The notes beneath the pieces are model-generated. The model saw only the letters and a program-made list of their open reading frames with translations, was not told where the DNA came from and made no database searches. The translations under genes and the position numbers were made by a program. From NCBI GenBank assembly GCA_036375875.1, contig DASVBK010000246.1, forward strand, positions 1 through 48,997: 48,997 nucleotides of DNA, given 5' to 3'. Below, one piece after another: positions 9,261-18,893 of the stretch (the stretch's first letter is position 1; each line of letters begins with the position of its first letter). This stretch comes from Candidatus Nanopelagicales bacterium. Lineage in GTDB: Bacteria; Actinomycetota; Actinomycetes; S36-B12; CAIYMF01.

Positions 9261-10223
9261 ATGACTGGAAGCAGGCACCGGAAGGGCCTGATCGTCGCGG
9301 CAGCGAGTGCCGCGGCGCTGGCAAGTGCCGTGGCTGCGGCACCGGGCATGGGCCTCGGGCAGGCACGGATCGAGCCTGCGGCCGCGCTGCCCGGCCGGTT
9401 CGCGCCGGCCGTCGCGCCAGCGCCCGCGTCCGAGCTGCCCGGCGGGGGGACCCGGGTCTTCGACGACAAGGTCTACGTCGCCCTCTACGGCCACCCGGGC
9501 GCTGCTGCCCTGGGCGTCCTGGGCGAGCAGGGCAGGGCCGCCACGATCGCGCGAGCGAAGCGGACGGCGGCCAAGTACGAGGGCCACACCGCCCGCACCG
9601 TCGTCCCTGCGCTGGAGGTCATCGCCACGATCGCCACGAAGGGTGCCGGGGCCGACGGCGACTACTCCAGCGAGACCAGCGTCGCGGCGCTGCGGCCGCT
9701 CGTCGACGCTGCCGGGGCGGCGGGGGTCTACGTCGTGCTGGACCTGCAGCCGGGTCGGTCGACGTTCCTGAGCCAGGCCAAGCGCTACCGGGACCTGCTC
9801 GAGCTGCCCCACGTCGGCCTGGCGCTGGACCCCGAGTGGCGGCTCAAGCCCGGGCAACGGCACCTGCGCCAGATCGGGTCGGTCTCGGCCGCCGAGATCA
9901 ATGACGTGATCGACTGGCTGGCCGGGGTGACCCGGGAGGCACGATCGCCGCAGAAGATGCTGCTGCTGCACCAGTTCCGGCCGTCGATGATCCGCAAGCG
10001 GAGCACCCTGGACCTCTCCCGCCCCGAGATCGCGGCAGTCGTGCAGATGGACGGCCTGGGCTCACAGGGCGCCAAGCGCGGGACGTGGGCCGCGATCCGC
10101 CGCAACGCGCCCGAGGGCCTGCGCTTCGGCTGGAAGAACTTCATCGACGAGGACAGGCCGATGCTCTCGCCGAGGGCCACCATGCGCGTCAGGCCGCAGC
10201 CGGTCTGGGTCTCGTACCAGTAG
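9261..10223 (+). CDS. Secreted protein of unknown function
   Basis: Begins at an internal ATG preceded by GGGAGGGA. N-terminal signal-like peptide MTGSRHRKGLIVAAASAAALASAVAAAPG. No catalytic motif that I can name. Confidence 0.65.
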   Translation: MTGSRHRKGLIVAAASAAALASAVAAAPGMGLGQARIEPAAALPGRFAPAVAPAPASELPGGGTRVFDDKVYVALYGHPGAAALGVLGEQGRAATIARAKRTAAKYEGHTARTVVPALEVIATIATKGAGADGDYSSETSVAALRPLVDAAGAAGVYVVLDLQPGRSTFLSQAKRYRDLLELPHVGLALDPEWRLKPGQRHLRQIGSVSAAEINDVIDWLAGVTREARSPQKMLLLHQFRPSMIRKRSTLDLSRPEIAAVVQMDGLGSQGAKRGTWAAIRRNAPEGLRFGWKNFIDEDRPMLSPRATMRVRPQPVWVSYQ

Positions 10224-10301
10224 GTCGCGGGGCCGTGCCCCGGCGCCAGCAGGGACGGGGCCGCCGGCACATGCCGATGGCCGCCGGCCCCGCCATCCGG
10301 C

Positions 10302-11867
10302 TCAGGTGTGCGTCGGGAAGCCCAGGTTGATGCCACCGTGGCTCGGGTCCAGCCACCGGGAGGTCACCACCTTGCCGCGGGTGAAGAAGTGCACCCCTTC
10401 GGTGCCGTGGGCGTGGGTGTCGCCGAACAGCGAGGCCTTCCAGCCACCGAACGAGTAGTACGCCATCGGCACCGGGATCGGCACGTTGATGCCGATCATG
10501 CCGACCTCGACCTCGTCCTGGTAGCGCCGGGCAGCGCCCCCGTCGTTGGTGAAGATCGCCGTGCCGTTGCCGTACGGGTGCGCGTTCACCAGGGCCAGCG
10601 CCTGCTCGTAGGTGTCGACGCGCACGACCGAGAGCACCGGGCCGAAGATCTCGTCGGTGTAGATCGACATCGCCGGGGTGACGTGGTCGAAGAGCGTGGG
10701 CCCGAGCCAGAAGCCGCCCTCCTCGCCGTCGACGACGGGATCGCGGCCGTCCACCACCAGTGTCGCGCCGGCACCCTCGCCGGCGTCGATGTAGGAGGCG
10801 ACCCGGTCGCGGTGCGCCCCGGTCACCAGGGGGCCCATGTCGCAGCCGCGCCGGCCGTCCCCCGTGCGCAGGCCGGCCATCCGCGCCGCGATGGCCTCGA
10901 CCAACGGGTCGGCCACGTCACCGACCGCGACGAGCGCCGAGATCGCCATGCACCGCTCACCGGCGCTGCCGAAGCCGGCGTTCACGGCTGCGTCGGCCGC
11001 GAGGTCGAGGTCGGCATCGGGCAGCACCACCATGTGGTTCTTCGCGCCGCCGAGGGCCTGCACCCGCTTGCCGTGCTTGGTGCCCGTCTCGTAGACGTAC
11101 TTGGCGATGGGAGTCGAGCCGACGAACGAGATGGACTTCACGTCCGGGTGGGTGAGCAGCGCGTCGACTGCGGCCTTGTCGCCGTGCACCACGTTGAACA
11201 CGCCGTCGGGCAGCCCGGCCTCCTTCCACAGCTCGGCGATGAAGTTCTGGGCGCTGGGGTCCTTCTCCGAGGGCTTCACCACCACGGTGTTGCCGGCCGC
11301 GATCGCGATGGGGAAGAACCACATCGGCACCATCGCCGGGAAGTTGAACGGCGAGATGATCCCGACCACGCCCAGGGGCTGACGCATGGAGTACACGTCG
11401 ACGTTCGTCGACACCCCCGAGGAGTAGCCGCCCTTGAGCAGGTGCGGGATGCCGCAGGCGAACTCCACGACCTCCAGGCCACGGGTCACCTCGCCGAGGG
11501 CATCGGAGAGCACCTTGCCGTGCTCCTCGGTGATGATCGCCGCGAGCTCGCCCTTGCGGGCGTTGAGCAGCTCGCGGAACGCGAACAGCACCTGTGCGCG
11601 ACGGGTCAGTGACGAGCGGCCCCACTCGGCGAACGCGGCCTTGGCCGCCGCCACCGCCTCATCCATGATGCGCACGGAGGCGAAGTCGACGGTGCCCGTC
11701 ACCTGACCGGTTGCCGGGTCGTAGAGGTCGCCCGAGCGTTCCGGGTCGATGAGGTCGGCCGCGCGGTCGCGCAGTGCGGTGAGGCCAGCGGCGAGCCGAT
11801 CGGTCGGCACCTCCCCCGCGAGGTGGACGTAGGGGCTGCCGTTGATCCAGTGGGTCACGTGCTTCAT
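10302..11867 (-). CDS. mmsA: CoA-acylating methylmalonate/malonate-semialdehyde dehydrogenase
   Basis: ALDH fold with the MMSDH-type motifs FPAMVPMWFFP, ALGGAKNH and GSAGERCMA (catalytic Cys), and the C-terminal PVPMAYYSFGGWK. Confidence 0.85.
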   Translation of the reverse strand: MKHVTHWINGSPYVHLAGEVPTDRLAAGLTALRDRAADLIDPERSGDLYDPATGQVTGTVDFASVRIMDEAVAAAKAAFAEWGRSSLTRRAQVLFAFRELLNARKGELAAIITEEHGKVLSDALGEVTRGLEVVEFACGIPHLLKGGYSSGVSTNVDVYSMRQPLGVVGIISPFNFPAMVPMWFFPIAIAAGNTVVVKPSEKDPSAQNFIAELWKEAGLPDGVFNVVHGDKAAVDALLTHPDVKSISFVGSTPIAKYVYETGTKHGKRVQALGGAKNHMVVLPDADLDLAADAAVNAGFGSAGERCMAISALVAVGDVADPLVEAIAARMAGLRTGDGRRGCDMGPLVTGAHRDRVASYIDAGEGAGATLVVDGRDPVVDGEEGGFWLGPTLFDHVTPAMSIYTDEIFGPVLSVVRVDTYEQALALVNAHPYGNGTAIFTNDGGAARRYQDEVEVGMIGINVPIPVPMAYYSFGGWKASLFGDTHAHGTEGVHFFTRGKVVTSRWLDPSHGGINLGFPTHT

Positions 11868-11955
11868 GGGTGGGAGTCTCTTCCATCGATCGTGGTGTGC
11901 GGTGGGTGGGGTGCGTGCGAGGAGGGCGGTCCGCTGGTCGCGGCAGATCGGGAGG

Positions 11956-13377
11956 TCAGGAGTCGAACCCCAGGCCCAGCCGGTCCAGGGTGCGCAGCCA
12001 GGCGTTGCGTCGGCCCTGGCGGTTGTCGGCGCGATCCAGCGACCACCGTGTGAGCGCCACCGCCGGCGAGCGCACGGGCTCGGGAGGGAACGGGATCGGC
12101 TTGCTGCGCACCATCTCGAGGCGCGTGCGCTCGGTCTGCCGCTCGGCGAGCAGGTCGAGCATCACCCTGGCGCCGTAGCGGGTGGCGGCCACCCCCAGGC
12201 CGGTGTAGCCCAGGCTGTAGGCGACGCGGCCGGCCATCGCCGTGCCCCAGAAGGCGCTGAACCGCGAGCACGTGTCGATCGCGCCACCCCACGCGTGGGT
12301 GAAGCGCAGGCCCTCGAGCTGCGGGAACGTGGTGAAGAAGTTCTCGGCGAGGACCGCGTAGGTGCGGTCGTCACGCTCGAGGTCGCGCCCGATCCGGCTG
12401 CCGTAGTGGTACACCGCCTCGAAGCCGCCCCACAGGATCCGGCCGTCCGCGGTGGGCCGGGTGTAGTGGAACTGGTTGTTCGAGTCCCCGACGCCGCCGC
12501 CGAAGCCCCAGCCGACGGACGCCCACTGCTCGCTGCTGAGCGGCTCCGTCATGAGCACGTAGTCGTAGACGGGGATCACGTAGGGCCGCACGCGGCGCAG
12601 CAGGTTGGGGAAGGCGCTCGTGCCCAGGGCGGCCTGCCGGGCGTGCACCGATCCGTGCTCGGTGCGGACCTGCACGCCGTGCTCCGTGCGCTCGATGCCC
12701 AGCGCGGCGGAGTGCTCGTGGATCCGCACGCCCCGGCTGCGGGCGACCCGGGCCAGCTCCCAGCTCAGCCGCGCGGGATCGACCAGGGCGACCCCGGTGC
12801 GGTCGTACAGCCCAGCGCGGTAGAGCGGCGAGTCGACCATCCGCCGGGTCGCGGCGCCGTCGAGCAGCTCCAGCTTCTCGCCGTGCTCGGCGGCCGTGGC
12901 CGCCAGGGTGGCGAACTCGGCCACCTGGTAGTCCTCGGTGGCCACGTCCAGCTCGCCGGTGCGGCTCCAGTCCACCTGCAGGCCCAGCTGCAGGATCGTC
13001 GCCTCGAGCTCGTCGAGGTTCTCGTGACCCTGGCGCAGCAGCTCGGGGAGCTCGTTGGGCCAGCGCGACAGGCCGTTGCCGAAGCCGTGGGTGATCGACG
13101 CGGCCACGAACCCGCCATTGCGCCCGGACGCCCCCTCGGCGACCCGGTCGGCCTCGAGGATGACGACGTCCAGGCCGGGGCGTTCGTCGGTGGCCAGCAG
13201 GGCCGTCCACAGGCCCGTGAAGCCGCCCCCGACGATCACGAGGTCGGCACTCGTCGGCCCCACCAGGGCAGGCTGCGGATCCGGCCGCTCTGGACGGTCC
13301 AGCCAGTAGGGCGCGTGCGCGACCTCGCGCAGCGAGGCTCTCGACGAGGTCCTGATACGGGTACGCGAATACGGCAT
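11956..13377 (-). CDS. DAO-family FAD-dependent oxidoreductase (PuuB-like amine oxidase/dehydrogenase), copy 1
   Basis: Begins at the internal ATG (MPYSRTR...) of the 966-aa track ORF. Dinucleotide-binding motif DLVIVGGGFTGLWTA, followed by EGASGRNGGF. Paralogous to 28641-30023. Confidence 0.8.
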   Translation of the reverse strand: MPYSRTRIRTSSRASLREVAHAPYWLDRPERPDPQPALVGPTSADLVIVGGGFTGLWTALLATDERPGLDVVILEADRVAEGASGRNGGFVAASITHGFGNGLSRWPNELPELLRQGHENLDELEATILQLGLQVDWSRTGELDVATEDYQVAEFATLAATAAEHGEKLELLDGAATRRMVDSPLYRAGLYDRTGVALVDPARLSWELARVARSRGVRIHEHSAALGIERTEHGVQVRTEHGSVHARQAALGTSAFPNLLRRVRPYVIPVYDYVLMTEPLSSEQWASVGWGFGGGVGDSNNQFHYTRPTADGRILWGGFEAVYHYGSRIGRDLERDDRTYAVLAENFFTTFPQLEGLRFTHAWGGAIDTCSRFSAFWGTAMAGRVAYSLGYTGLGVAATRYGARVMLDLLAERQTERTRLEMVRSKPIPFPPEPVRSPAVALTRWSLDRADNRQGRRNAWLRTLDRLGLGFDS

Positions 13378-13635
13378 CGGAGTATCGCTGCTCCAGGTCA
13401 GCCGCCCCGGGTCCTCCGGACGATACGGCCGCGCGGTCGGTGGGTCGGCGCCCACGCGCTGGACCGCGTCGCCCGTATGGTAGCCGGCGCACCGGGTCCT
13501 CGCACGCAGGTCCGCGCCCCGATTCGTGCCACCGGCTAGAGTGGCCGGGAGCCTCGCGCCGGCGATCGGTCGCCGGGCCTCCGCCGCTGGCCCTGGCCGG
13601 CCGGGTATCCAGACGCAGCACGCCAGGAGGTGGCG

Positions 13636-15372
13636 ATGGCCGAGCCCAGCATCGGCTCGCCGCTGTCGATGCACGACCCCCGCCAGGTGGGGCCCTGGCA
13701 GATCCACTCCCGGCTGGGCGCTGGCGGCATGGGCGTGGTCTTCTACGCGACCTCCGCGGGCCGGGCCGCCGCGATCAAGGTCATCCGTCCGGGCCTGCTC
13801 GACGCCCCGGCGACCCGGGATCGGTTCCGCCGCGAGGTGGGCATCCTGCGCGCGGTCCGCGACGTGCACATCTGCCACTACGTCGACGCGGACCTGGAGT
13901 CCGAGCCCGCGTGGCTCGCGCTGGAGTACCTCAGCGGGCCAGTGCTGCGCGACGAGGTGCAGTCGAACGGTCCGTTGGCCGACGAGGACTGGTGGGAGCT
14001 CGCGCGCGGCCTGGCGCAGGCGCTGGCGGTGCTCGAGCTGCACCGGGTCACGCACCGCGACCTCAAGCCCGGCAACGTGATCCTCAACGAGCGTGGGCCG
14101 GTGCTCATCGACTTCGGCATCGCGCATCCGGAGGACGCGACCTCGCTGACCGCAACTGGACTCGTGACGGGCAGCCCCGCGTGGCTCTCCCCCGAGCAGG
14201 CGAACCTCGACCCCACCGGCCCGGCCACGGACATCTTCACGCTGGGCTCGCTGCTGGCGTTCGCGGCGACCGGCCGGCCACCGTTCGGCGAGGGCGCCTC
14301 GGTCGCCGTGCTCATGTCCATCATCAAGCGCGACCCTGACCTGGTGGGCATCGATCCGGTCCGCACGGCCCTGCTGGGGCGGATGCTGCAGAAGGATCCG
14401 GCGCTGCGGCCCAGCGCCCGGCAGGTGCTCGACCTGGCCCGCGTCGGCGAGGCCGGGCAGGACATCCGACCCATGCTCGCCGCGCTGGGAGGCACTGAGG
14501 TGGGCGGGGTGGCAGGTGCTTCCAGCCCCGATGCCCTCGACCGCACCCGCGTCGACCAAGCTGTGCCGAGTGAGGGACCCGGAAGCCCGGGGCCGATCCG
14601 GTCGGGGCCCGGCGCGTCCGAGCCGGGGGCGACGATGCCCGGCGGCGCAGGGGCTGCGCCAGCGACCGATGGACCCCACGCGGCACCGCCGCCGGCCGAT
14701 GAGGCCGAGTCCTGGTCCGTGGCGCCAAGCCCCACAGACTCCGGATCGAGCACGCAGCCCGACGCGGCGCCCCCGGATCTCGTGCAGGCACCGGCCGCCG
14801 GCGCCGCCGGTGCGGCGCCCTGGCCGGCCCCGACACAGCCGGCACCCGTCCCGCACCTGGTGTCGACACCACCGCCCATGACGCCTGGTGCGCGGACCGT
14901 GCGCCCACGCAGCGCGCCACCCGCTCGGCGCTCCGGAGGGCGGCGATGGCTGTGGGCCCTCCTGGTCGTCGCCCTGCTGGCGCTGGTTGGTTGGTGGGCG
15001 GTGACCTCCCTGGGTGGCACCGGGGCCCCGGGCGAAGGTGACTCGGGATCGTCCACCACTGGCCCACCCTCGAGCGGCGACGCACCGCCCGCACCGAGCT
15101 CGGACCAGCTCCGCAGCGGCGACTGGCTGCTGGAGTCCTACCGGCTGGACAACACCGCCGACGGCCTGGTCGTCTCGGGCACCGTGCGCAACCGCGGGAC
15201 GTCCACCGCCTCCGCGAATCTCACCGTCTGGGTGTACGTGGGTGGCACCTCCTTGGGCTCCGTGACCGGCGAGGTCAGCGACGTGGCCGCCGGAGCGGCG
15301 GTGCCCGTCACCCTGCGCGGGGACGCCATCTGGAAGCCCGGGCAGAAGGTCGTGCTGCTCGAAGCCCGCTGA
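13636..15372 (+). CDS. Hanks-type Ser/Thr protein kinase with one TM helix and a small non-PASTA ectodomain
   Basis: Kinase motifs GAGGMGVVF, AIKVI, HRDLKPGNVIL, DFGIA and SPAWLSPEQ. A Pro/Ala-rich linker follows, then the TM helix WLWALLVVALLALVGWWAV and a C-terminal ectodomain of about 110 aa. AGGAGG lies 5 nt before the ATG at 13636; the track start, GTG at 13630, overlaps that RBS. Confidence 0.88.
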   Translation: MAEPSIGSPLSMHDPRQVGPWQIHSRLGAGGMGVVFYATSAGRAAAIKVIRPGLLDAPATRDRFRREVGILRAVRDVHICHYVDADLESEPAWLALEYLSGPVLRDEVQSNGPLADEDWWELARGLAQALAVLELHRVTHRDLKPGNVILNERGPVLIDFGIAHPEDATSLTATGLVTGSPAWLSPEQANLDPTGPATDIFTLGSLLAFAATGRPPFGEGASVAVLMSIIKRDPDLVGIDPVRTALLGRMLQKDPALRPSARQVLDLARVGEAGQDIRPMLAALGGTEVGGVAGASSPDALDRTRVDQAVPSEGPGSPGPIRSGPGASEPGATMPGGAGAAPATDGPHAAPPPADEAESWSVAPSPTDSGSSTQPDAAPPDLVQAPAAGAAGAAPWPAPTQPAPVPHLVSTPPPMTPGARTVRPRSAPPARRSGGRRWLWALLVVALLALVGWWAVTSLGGTGAPGEGDSGSSTTGPPSSGDAPPAPSSDQLRSGDWLLESYRLDNTADGLVVSGTVRNRGTSTASANLTVWVYVGGTSLGSVTGEVSDVAAGAAVPVTLRGDAIWKPGQKVVLLEAR

Positions 15373-15509
15373 CTGCCGCGTGAGGCGGCCTCGGCGTCTG
15401 CGCCGCGCCTCGGCTGCCCAGCGGAGACCCGATGCTGGGCCAGCCCACTGCCGGACTCCCGGGCACCGCGGCCGCTCCGGGGACCTGTTCGTGCGCCAGG
15501 CGCCCCGGA

Positions 15510-15629
15510 GATGCTCCCCGCGCCCACGGATGATGCCGGACGATGCTCCCGGTACCGCAGGATGCTCCCGTCAGGACGGGAGCATCTGCACGTGACGGGA
15601 GCGACGCGCTGGCCCAGTGGGTCGCTCCC
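15510..15629. other. Cluster of GCTCCC/GGGAGC repeats forming two strong hairpins in a convergent intergenic region
   Basis: GATGCTCCC occurs three times, at 15510, 15542 and 15561. A perfect 12-bp inverted repeat, GATGCTCCCGTC-ag-GACGGGAGCATC, spans 15561-15586. A second hairpin, GGGAGCGAC-15nt-GTCGCTCCC, spans 15597-15629. The cluster lies between the kinase stop (15372) and the potC stop (15727). It may be a bidirectional terminator or a structured RNA. Confidence 0.6.
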
Positions 15630-15726
15630 TCGCCGAGTCGGTCGGGCCCGCACCCGCCGGACGCCGAGGAGGAGCTGGTACTCGCCCGGCACGACCCGGC
15701 AGGCAGCGGCGGGCCACCGCCGACGC

Positions 15727-16734
15727 TCAGCTGGGCCGGCGCGCGAGTTCCTCGGCTGCCACGGGGGCGGTGCCGGCCGCGCCGGACGCGACAGATCCGG
15801 TACCGCGGGCCACGACGCGACGGCGCCGCGCGCCGAGCACCTGCGCGAGCAGCACGATCGCCAGCGCCCCGAAGAACATGATCGAGGCGATCACGTTGAC
15901 CTGCGGCGGGATGCCGCGCTGCGCCGCGCCCCAGATGTACATCGGGAACGTGACCGTGGAGCCGGAGTTGAAGTTCGTGATGATGAAGTCGTCGAAGGAC
16001 AGCGAGAACGCCAGCAGTGCGGCACCCATGATGCCTGGGGCGACCAGCGGCAGCGTGACGTAGCGGAACGTCGCCTTCTCGTCGGCGTAGAGGTCCATCG
16101 CGGCCTGCTCCAGCCGCGGGTCGAGCCCGGCCAGCCGCGCCTTGACCGTGACCACCACGAACGAGATCACGAACATGATGTGCGCGATCAGGATCGTCCA
16201 GAAGCCCAGCGGCATCTGCCAGTTGCCCCAGTACATGTTGAGGAACAGCGCCAGCAGCGAGGAGCCCAGGACGACCTCGGGCGTGGCCATCGGCAGGAAG
16301 ATCAACAGGTTCGTCGAGGCGCGCCCACGGAACCGGTGGCGCACCAGCGCGAAGGAGATCATCGTGCCCAGGATCGTGCCCACGATGGTCGCCACCAGGG
16401 CGATGCTCACGCTCACTCCCACCGAGCGGCAGATCGTGGGGTCCTTGCAGATGTTGGTCCAGGCGTCGAGCGAGAACTCGTTCCATCGCGTGTTCTGCCG
16501 GCCCGCCGGGTCGTTGAAGGAGAAGAGCACGACGACGGCGACGGGCAGGAACATGTACACCAGCGCCAGAGCGGAGTAGAGCGCCAGGGTGTGCTCCCGA
16601 ACCCAGCGCACGCTGCGCTGCACGCCGGACTCCCGCGCCGGGGGCGCGGCGAGCAGGGCTGGGTCCAGCGTCGTGCTGGCCAGGCGGGGCTCTCGCGGCC
16701 CCGGGACCACCGGGGTCGAGGTCGGGTCGGCCAT
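15727..16734 (-). CDS. potC: Polyamine-type ABC transporter permease (PotC-like)
   Basis: Begins at the internal ATG (MADPTSTP...), which overlaps the potB stop (ATGA). Six-TM binding-protein-dependent permease with an EAA-loop region (LEQAAMDLYADEKATFRYVTLPL). Confidence 0.85.
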   Translation of the reverse strand: MADPTSTPVVPGPREPRLASTTLDPALLAAPPARESGVQRSVRWVREHTLALYSALALVYMFLPVAVVVLFSFNDPAGRQNTRWNEFSLDAWTNICKDPTICRSVGVSVSIALVATIVGTILGTMISFALVRHRFRGRASTNLLIFLPMATPEVVLGSSLLALFLNMYWGNWQMPLGFWTILIAHIMFVISFVVVTVKARLAGLDPRLEQAAMDLYADEKATFRYVTLPLVAPGIMGAALLAFSLSFDDFIITNFNSGSTVTFPMYIWGAAQRGIPPQVNVIASIMFFGALAIVLLAQVLGARRRRVVARGTGSVASGAAGTAPVAAEELARRPS

Positions 16735-17654
16735 CAGAGCAGGTCCTCCGTCCCGGCGCGCCGGACGTAGATCGTGACGAGGATCAGGATCGTCGCCATG
16801 AGCAGGAAGCTCAGCGCCGAGGCGATCGGGTAGTCGCGCACGATGATGAACTGGCTGTCGATGACCGAGCCGATCATCCGATCGTTCGTGGAACCCAGGA
16901 GCCTGGCGTTGATGTAGTCGCCCGCCGCGGGGATGAAGGTGAGCAGCGTGCCTGCGACGACGCCTGGCATGGACAGCGGCCAGATGACCTTGCGGAACGT
17001 CGTGAGGGGCTTGGCGTACAGATCCGCGCCTGCCTCCGCGAGCCGTGGGTCGATCTTGTCCAGCGACGCATAGAGCGGCAGGATCATGAACGGCAGGAAG
17101 TTGTACGTGATGCCCGTGACCACGGCCAGCGGCGTGTTGAGCACACGGTCCTGCGGCAGGAGGTTCAGCGCGTTGAGCAGGTCGACGACGAATCCCTCGT
17201 CGGCCAGGATCGTCCGCCACGCGTAGGTGCGGATCAGGAACGAGGCGAAGAACGGCGCCACCACCAGCACGAGCAGCAGCGCCTTCCACCGCCCGGCCTT
17301 GAACGCGATGAAGTACGCCAGCGGGTAGGCGATCGCCAGCGCCAGCAGGGTTGCCAGCCCGGCGAAGACGAATGAGCGCACGTACTGCTCGCCGTACCGG
17401 CTCAACGCCTCGGAGTAGTTGGAGAAGTCCCAGTTGAAGTAGTAGCCGTCGTCGGGGTTGTCACTCACCGGTGACTGCAGCGAGGTCGCGAAGAGCGAGA
17501 CCAGCGGCACGACGAAGAAGACCGTGAGCCACAGCATGCCGGGCAGCAGCAGCCAGTACGGCACCGCCCGCCCCCTGGTCAGCCCCGGGGCTGGGGCGGC
17601 AGGGGTTGGCACGCCGGCGACATCGATCGCGGGGCTCGACGCTGGGATCTGCAT
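16734..17654 (-). CDS. potB: Polyamine-type ABC transporter permease (PotB-like)
   Basis: Begins at the internal ATG (MQIPASS...). EAA loop LAEAGADLYAKPLTTFRKVIWPL. Starts 3 nt after the potA stop. Confidence 0.85.
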   Translation of the reverse strand: MQIPASSPAIDVAGVPTPAAPAPGLTRGRAVPYWLLLPGMLWLTVFFVVPLVSLFATSLQSPVSDNPDDGYYFNWDFSNYSEALSRYGEQYVRSFVFAGLATLLALAIAYPLAYFIAFKAGRWKALLLVLVVAPFFASFLIRTYAWRTILADEGFVVDLLNALNLLPQDRVLNTPLAVVTGITYNFLPFMILPLYASLDKIDPRLAEAGADLYAKPLTTFRKVIWPLSMPGVVAGTLLTFIPAAGDYINARLLGSTNDRMIGSVIDSQFIIVRDYPIASALSFLLMATILILVTIYVRRAGTEDLL

Positions 17655-17656
17655 GA

Positions 17657-18865
17657 TCAGCCGCCCGGGACGGTGGCGGGCGCCGGGACGAGTCCCGCCT
17701 CCACGTCGGCGGCCGTGTAGTGCCCGACCTCGAGCAGGTCGTCGTCGATGCCCGCGTTGAGGTCGTCGCTGCCGTCGAGGCCGAAGCTGTGGGCCGGCTC
17801 CCACGAGACGGTCACCGTCTCCCCCACGCCCGGACGCTCGGCGGAGCCCATGTTCTGCTCGAACGCGATGAGCTCCTGGCCCCACGGCGTGGCCACCAGG
17901 TACTGGGTGGAGACGCCGACGAACGAGGCGTCGGTGACGACGCCGGTCAGGGTGTTGCGGCCCTCCGGCACGGCTCCGCCCGCACGGTGCAGGTGCAGCT
18001 TCTCCGGCCGCACCCCGACGATCACCCTGTCGGAGTCGGTGCTCAGCTTGGTCGCGGGCAGCAGGACCTGCTGGCCGAAGGCGCGGATCTGCACCGACTG
18101 CGCGTCGCGGGCCACGACCTGACCGGGGAACAGGTTCGACTGGCCCAGGAAATTCGCGGCGAACGCGGTGCGAGGGGTGTCGTAGAGCTCCTGCGGGGCG
18201 CCCAGCTGCTCGATCCGCCCGGCGTTCATGACCGCGACGGTGTCGGCCATGGTCATGGCCTCCTCCTGGTCGTGGGTGACGTGCACGAACGTGATCCCCA
18301 CCTCGGTCTGGATGCGCTTGAGCTCGATCTGCATCTGGCGGCGCAGCTTGAGGTCCAGCGCCCCCAACGGCTCGTCGAGCAGCAGCACGTCGGGCCGGTT
18401 GATCAGGGCCCGCGCGACGGCGACGCGCTGCTGCTGGCCACCGGACATCTGGGCGGGCTTGCGCCGAGCCATGGGGGTCAGCTCGACCAGCTCGAGCATC
18501 TCGTTGACGCGGGCCTCGATGTTCTTCTCGCCGCGACGGCGCAGGCCGAACGCGACGTTCTCGAAGATGTCCATGTGCGGGAACAGCGCATAGGACTGGA
18601 ACACGGTGTTGACGGGCCGCTTGTAGGGCCGCAGCGCGGTGATGTCCTGCTCGCCGATGCGGATCATGCCCGCGGTGGGGACCTCCAGGCCGGCGACCAT
18701 GCGCAGGGTGGTGGTCTTGCCGCAGCCCGACGGCCCGAGCAGCGCGAAGAACGATCCGGCAGGGATCGTCAGGGACAGGTCGTCGACGGCGGCGTGCTCG
18801 CCGTACCGCTTCGTGAGGCGGACCAGGTGCAGGTCCTCGACCTGCTTGACGGACTGCGATGCCAT
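17657..18865 (-). CDS. potA: Polyamine-type ABC transporter ATP-binding protein (PotA-like)
   Basis: Walker A GPSGCGKTT, ABC signature MSGGQQQRVAVARAL and Walker B LLLDEPLGALD, plus a C-terminal TOBE-like regulatory domain. Confidence 0.9.
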   Translation of the reverse strand: MASQSVKQVEDLHLVRLTKRYGEHAAVDDLSLTIPAGSFFALLGPSGCGKTTTLRMVAGLEVPTAGMIRIGEQDITALRPYKRPVNTVFQSYALFPHMDIFENVAFGLRRRGEKNIEARVNEMLELVELTPMARRKPAQMSGGQQQRVAVARALINRPDVLLLDEPLGALDLKLRRQMQIELKRIQTEVGITFVHVTHDQEEAMTMADTVAVMNAGRIEQLGAPQELYDTPRTAFAANFLGQSNLFPGQVVARDAQSVQIRAFGQQVLLPATKLSTDSDRVIVGVRPEKLHLHRAGGAVPEGRNTLTGVVTDASFVGVSTQYLVATPWGQELIAFEQNMGSAERPGVGETVTVSWEPAHSFGLDGSDDLNAGIDDDLLEVGHYTAADVEAGLVPAPATVPGG

Positions 18866-18893
18866 CGCTGGGCTCCTTGCGGCGGGTCGGCGG

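Noticed and set aside
15380-15595. 71-aa and neighbouring ORFs in the kinase-potC intergenic gap
   Set aside because: They are Arg/Pro-rich with no RBS, and they overlap the hairpin cluster. The region is better explained as structured non-coding DNA.
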